NCBI GenBank assembly: GCA_030390025.1
Contig: CM059431.1
Location: 148,678,001-148,742,000, forward strand
Source: Squalus acanthias
Lineage: Eukaryota
Length of the DNA stretch: 64,000 nt
Direction: 5' to 3'
In this document: piece by piece, positions 58,571 to 64,000 of the stretch
How positions within the stretch are numbered: the stretch's first letter is position 1
How the letters are laid out: the number at the start of each line of letters is the position of its first letter
Made by a program: the position numbers and the translations under genes
The notes under the pieces: generated by a model
Databases searched by the model: none
What the model saw: the letters and a program-made list of their open reading frames with translations, nothing else
What the model was told of the DNA's origin: nothing

Positions 58571-60372
58571 TGCTCCCTCCACCAACTCTCTATCTCTCTC
58601 TTACCCCTTCAACAAGACTCTGCGTCTGTCTTCACCACGGCTGCTTCCCCTGTCTGTTTCATTCTTTCTCTCTCCATAATCTGCCTCTCTCTGTTTATGC
58701 CTACGTCTGTCTCCCCCGTCTGTTTCTCACCATCTGTCTCTCTCTGTCTTCCACGTCTGTCTCCCCGTCTGTTACCCATCTCACTCTCGCTCTATTCCCC
58801 TTCAATTGTCTCCCCCAGTGACTCCCCATGTCTTTCTATTTCTCTGTCCCACACGTTTATCTCTATCTCTCTGTCTCACTCTATCTTTCTCCCCGGTCTG
58901 TCACTCCTCTGTCTGTCAGTCGGTCTATTTGTCTCTCCGTCTCTCTCTCTCTCTCTCTGTCTCCCCACTTCAGTCTCCCTGTCTCCCTCCCCGTTCGTCT
59001 CTCTCCCTCTCTGTCTCACTCTATCTGTCTCCACGATCTGTCCCCGCAACGGCTGTCTGTCTATTATTCTGCTCCGTATTTCTCTCTCTCACACTCTGTC
59101 TCCCCACATAAGTCTCCCCGCCTTTCTCTCTTGATATCTCACCCAACTGTCTCTCTGTCTTTGTTTCCCCTATTCATATCACCAAAGCCTGTCTCACTCG
59201 TCTGTCACCCTTTCGCTCCATCTCCCACTCGGGCTGCCTCCCCGCCTGACTCACCCTGTCTGTTTATTTCTCTGTCTCCCGCATTTCTCTCTCTCTCTCT
59301 ATGTCTCACCCCGTCTGTCTACCCCCATCTATCTCCATCAGATTCTCAACCCCGCGATCTGTCTCTCACTCCGTCTCCCCCATATGTCTCTCTTACTCTG
59401 TCTCCCCAGCTATCTCCTAAGTCTATCTCCCACGTCTTTCTCCCCTATCTGTCTCCCCAGTCTGTCTGCCCATAAGTCCCGCTCATCTGTCTCCGCCTTC
59501 TGTCTCCCTCATCTGTCTCACCCGGCTGTCTTCCTGTCTGTCTTTCTCACTCTGTCTCTCCCATATGTGAATCTCACCGTCTATACCACCTGTCTGTCTC
59601 CCGACTCTGTCTCCCACACATGTCTTGAGCTGCTTCCCGCTGCTGTCTCCCCAGTCTGTCGGTCTCTCGCACCTGTCTCACCCCATCTGTCTCCCTGTAT
59701 CTGTAACACCCCACCATCTGTCTCTCTCTCTCTCTGCTTCAATACCGTCTGTTCACTTTCTTTCTTCCCCCGTCTGTCTCCCCATCTGTCTATTTCTGTG
59801 TCACCCACCATCTGTCTCCCCTCAGTCTGTCTCCATCAGTCTCTCACACCGTTGGTCTGTCTCTCCTCCCCCGGGTCTGTTGGTCTCTCTCTTTCTCAAG
59901 CTGCATATATCTCTCTCTGTCATGCACCATCTGTCGACCACCCCCGTGCCACCCACACCCGCCGGTTTCTCTCTCTCTCTCTCTGTCACCGACCGTCTGT
60001 CACCCCGAACTGTCTATGTCTGTCTGCCTCAAGCCAGCATTGTCCCCCGTGTCTGTCTCACTCTGTCTCCACTCATATGTATCCCCACCTGTCTCACTCT
60101 CTTTCTCGTCCCATCCATCCCTCCGTATTTATCTCTTTCTCTCACTGTCACCGCTGTAATTCTCTCTCTATCGCTGTCACCCTCATCTGTCTCCCTCCGT
60201 CTGTCATCCCCGTCTCTCTATCAGTCTCGCCCACATGTGTGTCTCTCTCTCTTACTCCCAATCTGTCCCCAAATATATGTCTCCCCCGTCTATCTCCAAG
60301 CTGTCTGTCTCCCTTCAGTCTGCCGCCCACCTGTCTCTTTCTGTGTCTCCCGACCTGTCACCTCTACACCTG
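58571..60372. repeat. CT-rich degenerate satellite
   Basis: CCGTCTGTCTC motifs. Confidence 0.9.
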
Positions 60373-60787
60373 TCAGGGAGACTGAGAGAATGAAAGACGG
60401 GGAAGACGGTCACCAAGGAGATGGACGGGCAGGGACCGAGAGAGAGAGAGACTGGGGAGAGGCATGGGTTTAGCGAGAGAGAGAGAGATACGGTAGGAGA
60501 TAGCAAGAGAGAGAGAGACAGAGAGAGAGAGAGACAGAGTCAGATGAGTGTGAGATAGACCAGGGGGTGGGAGTGGGGGTTGATAGACTATTAGAGACAC
60601 ACGGGGGGAGACAGACAGTTTATTTTAGAGAGACAGACGAGCACACAGAGCGTGAGAAACAGGGGTGCCAGAGAAAGTGTGACAAACCTGTAGAGGGAGA
60701 AATATGTTTGGAGACAGGGAGAGCATCAGACCGGGTGCGAGAGATATGACTGGAGATAAACGGGGTTAAGAGACACACGACGGGTGT

Positions 60788-60835
<48 letters not shown>

Positions 60836-63027
60836 GAGATAGAGATAGTGAGATAGAGAGGGGGGGAGACAGACGTTCGGAGATAGAGAGAGAGACAGAT
60901 GAGGGGAAAGTGAGAGAGCGAGAAAGAAGGGGAGACAGATATGGGGCTGAGAGGATGAGAGAGATGGGAAGACAGACGGAGAGGATACAGAAATTGATGG
61001 GAGGGCAGCAAGAGAGAAACTGACGGTTGGTGTAATCGAGAGAGAAACGGGTTAGGAGACACAAGGTTATGAGACAGACGTTGGGAGACAGAGATAATCA
61101 CAGATGGGGAGACAGAGAGAGACAGACGGGTGAGACAGATAGAGATAGAGATTGGGGAGGCACAGAGAGAGAGACAGATACGGGGCGACTGGTGGGGGGA
61201 GACAGATAGCGTAGACAAGCGAGGACGACAGAGAGAGTGAGAGATATGGAGAGAGATAGAGAGACAGAGGGGGGAAGAGAGAAATAGAAATGGAGGGTAG
61301 GCAGACGGGTGGACACAGACGGGGAGAGAAAGAGAAAGACAGACGTGGAGACAGACGTGCGGAGGCAGAGAGTGGCACTGATTGGGGGGTGGCAGACGGA
61401 CAGGAGGCAGATTGGGTGAAAAAGAAAGAGACTGATTGTGAGGGAGACAGAGAGAGGGAGAGATGGTGTAGACTAACAGAGAGGTGACAGATCGGGGAAA
61501 GAGAGTGAGCCTGACGGGTGGACAGAGAGAGAAAGACTGTCGATGGGGTTGATAGAGAGAGAGAAGTGTTAGCAGACTGACCGGTGTGAGACAGACGGTG
61601 TGAGACAGGGAGAATCACAGTTGAGAGAGACAAAGATAGATGGGGGAGACAGACTACGGAGACTGACGGCGGCAGACAGGTAGAGGAGACAGAAAGTGTC
61701 AGATGGTGAGAGAGAGATGGAGACAGGGAGAGTAAGACAGGGGTGGCAGATGGGGGAGACAGAGAGCGAGAGAGAGAGACTGGGGCGACAGACTGGGGAG
61801 ACAGACGGGGCAACAAAGAGAGATAAATAGATGGGAGACAGAGAGAGAAATACTGGGAGCGACAGACGGAGGATATAGACATAGAGACAGAAACAGAGAG
61901 ACAGACGAGCATTGATGGAGAGAGAGATAAAATAGACGGAGGAGACACATGGCTTAGACTGACATGTCAGACAGAAACTGGGAGACAGAGGGAAAGAAAG
62001 ACGGGCAAAAGATGAAGAGAGACAGTTGGAATGGTGATAGACAAGGAACGCAGAAGGGGGAAAGAGAGAGGACAGACTGGGGAAATTCAGCGAGAGTGAC
62101 AGTCAGGAGGGAAAGAAAGGGGGAAGATAGATGGGGGTGTGACATAGAGAGAGAGACACAGAGACAGATTGTGGGAAACAGAGAGAGAGAGAGATGGGTT
62201 CAGAAGGGTTGGGGAGGCAGACAGGGAGAAAGAAAGAGAGAGACAGAGCGGAGAGACAGAGAGAGAGAGAGCGAAACAGATGGGGAGGCAGAGAGAGAGG
62301 GATAGGGGGGTGACAGACAGGTAGATGGAGAGAGAGGCAGATGGGGGAGACAGCCAAGGTAGAGAAGGATAGACAGAGAGAGAGAGAGAGAGGGGGAGAC
62401 AGAGAGAGAGAGAGAGAGATAAATGGAGGGAAGGCAAGCAGCGGGTAATAAGAGAATGTGACAGACGGGGAAGACAGCTTAAAGGAGACAGGGTAAAACG
62501 AGAGGTGACAGACGGCTGGGAGACAGACGAGGGCGAAAGCGATAGAGACAGTTGGGGAGAGACAGAGATAGGGAGAGATGTGGGCAGAAAGATGGGGCTT
62601 GCCAGACGTGGAGATAGATGGGAGCGAGACAGAGTTAGAGACAGACCAGAGGAGACAAGAGAGAGACAGATGGGGAAAACAAAAGTGGCGGAGACAGACG
62701 GGGGAGACTGATGAGGTGCAGTCAGGTAGGGAGAAACACAGATTGGGAGAAAGGGAGAGAGAGATGTAGGGAGACAGAAATGGGAGACAGACGGTGGGGA
62801 AACAGGTCGAGAGAGATAGACAGACAACGGAGTCAGATGGGTGAGACAGTTGGGGGAGACAGAGTGAGAGTGAGACCGGCGAAGTGAGGACGTGGTGGTT
62901 GAGAAGTGAGGCAGACGGGGAAAACACACGTTGAAGACAGAAAGTAACAAACGGGGGGAGACAGGCAGGAGGCGACAGAGAGCAGCAAACAGACGGGTGT
63001 AGTCAGGAAGGAGTCGACAGATGGGTG

Positions 63028-63073
<46 letters not shown>

Positions 63074-63247
63074 TCGAGTTGTGGCGACAGACGCTGGTGA
63101 TTTAAATACTCCAGACATGGAAAAAGACAGAAGGGGGAGAGAGAAGGGGAGACAGATTATTTAAAACGTTTGAGGAGACGGACAGTGTGAGACAGACAGG
63201 GAGGCAAAGAGGGAGCCAGACGGGGAAACAGATGGGAGAATCAGAGT

Positions 63248-63314
<67 letters not shown>

Positions 63315-64000
63315 GGTGGCAGAGAAAGATAAAGATGGGGAAACAGACGAAGAGACAAAGAGAGAAATAAAAAGGAAGACAGAGAGAGATGGAGACGGGG
63401 AGAGAGTGGTCTTGGACATGGATGGGGGGACACCTAGGGAGAGAGGGACAGACCCGGGGAGGGTCACGCGTGGAGAGAGAGAGAGAGTGATACGATGGGA
63501 GCCAGAGAGAAAGTGACAGAAGAGGGTGAGACAAACCGGGTTGAGGGGGGAGAGATGAATGGACAAACTCTAGGGGAGACAGATGGTGTACGACAGAGAG
63601 AGATGGAGACCGATAGGAGAGACAGACGGCAGGGAGACAGATGGGGCGAAGAGAGAGAGAGAGAGGGAGATAGATTGACAGACGGGGAGATAGGGAGAAA
63701 AAGACGCGGGTGAAAGACTGGGGCACAGAAAGAGAGAGTCAAACAGGGGGAGACAGTCAGTTGAGTCAGACATGGGGAGATTTCGGGAGCGAGAGAGAGA
63801 CAGACGGGATGAGACGGAGAGAAACAAACGGAGTGAAATGGATCTGGGATTCAGATGAGGGTAAGTGATAGACAGAGGGGAAAGAGAGAATGAGAGAAAC
63901 AGGGCGAGACAGAAGGGGGAGACACAGAGAGAGAGAGTCGTGGCAGTAGACAGACAAAGAGGCACAAATGTGGGTGATTGAGAGAGGGGGACAGACACGG
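60373..64000. repeat. GA-rich degenerate satellite (same family, opposite strand)
   Basis: GAGACAGACGG/GAGACAGATGG motifs and (GA)n. Confidence 0.9.

Overview
Repeat-dense vertebrate genomic DNA; the repeat families and the GPCR type suggest a cartilaginous fish (inference, no search run). One host gene is supported: a two-exon GPR139/GPR142-like class A GPCR (exon 1 ending at 4189, exon 2 at 30016-30917) whose 25.8-kb intron is filled with CR1, L2, RTE and Penelope elements, SINEs and minisatellites. Downstream lie a near-intact two-gene Harbinger transposon joined to an inverted non-autonomous derivative (a large palindrome centred on 40630), a decayed 28S rRNA fragment, a full-length CR1 with both ORFs open and joined by a U_UUA_AAC slippery site, a fold-back Penelope insertion carrying two minimal hammerhead ribozyme motifs, and long CT/GA-rich degenerate satellite. 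Family assignments come from recognised motifs only, and boundaries of decayed elements are approximate.
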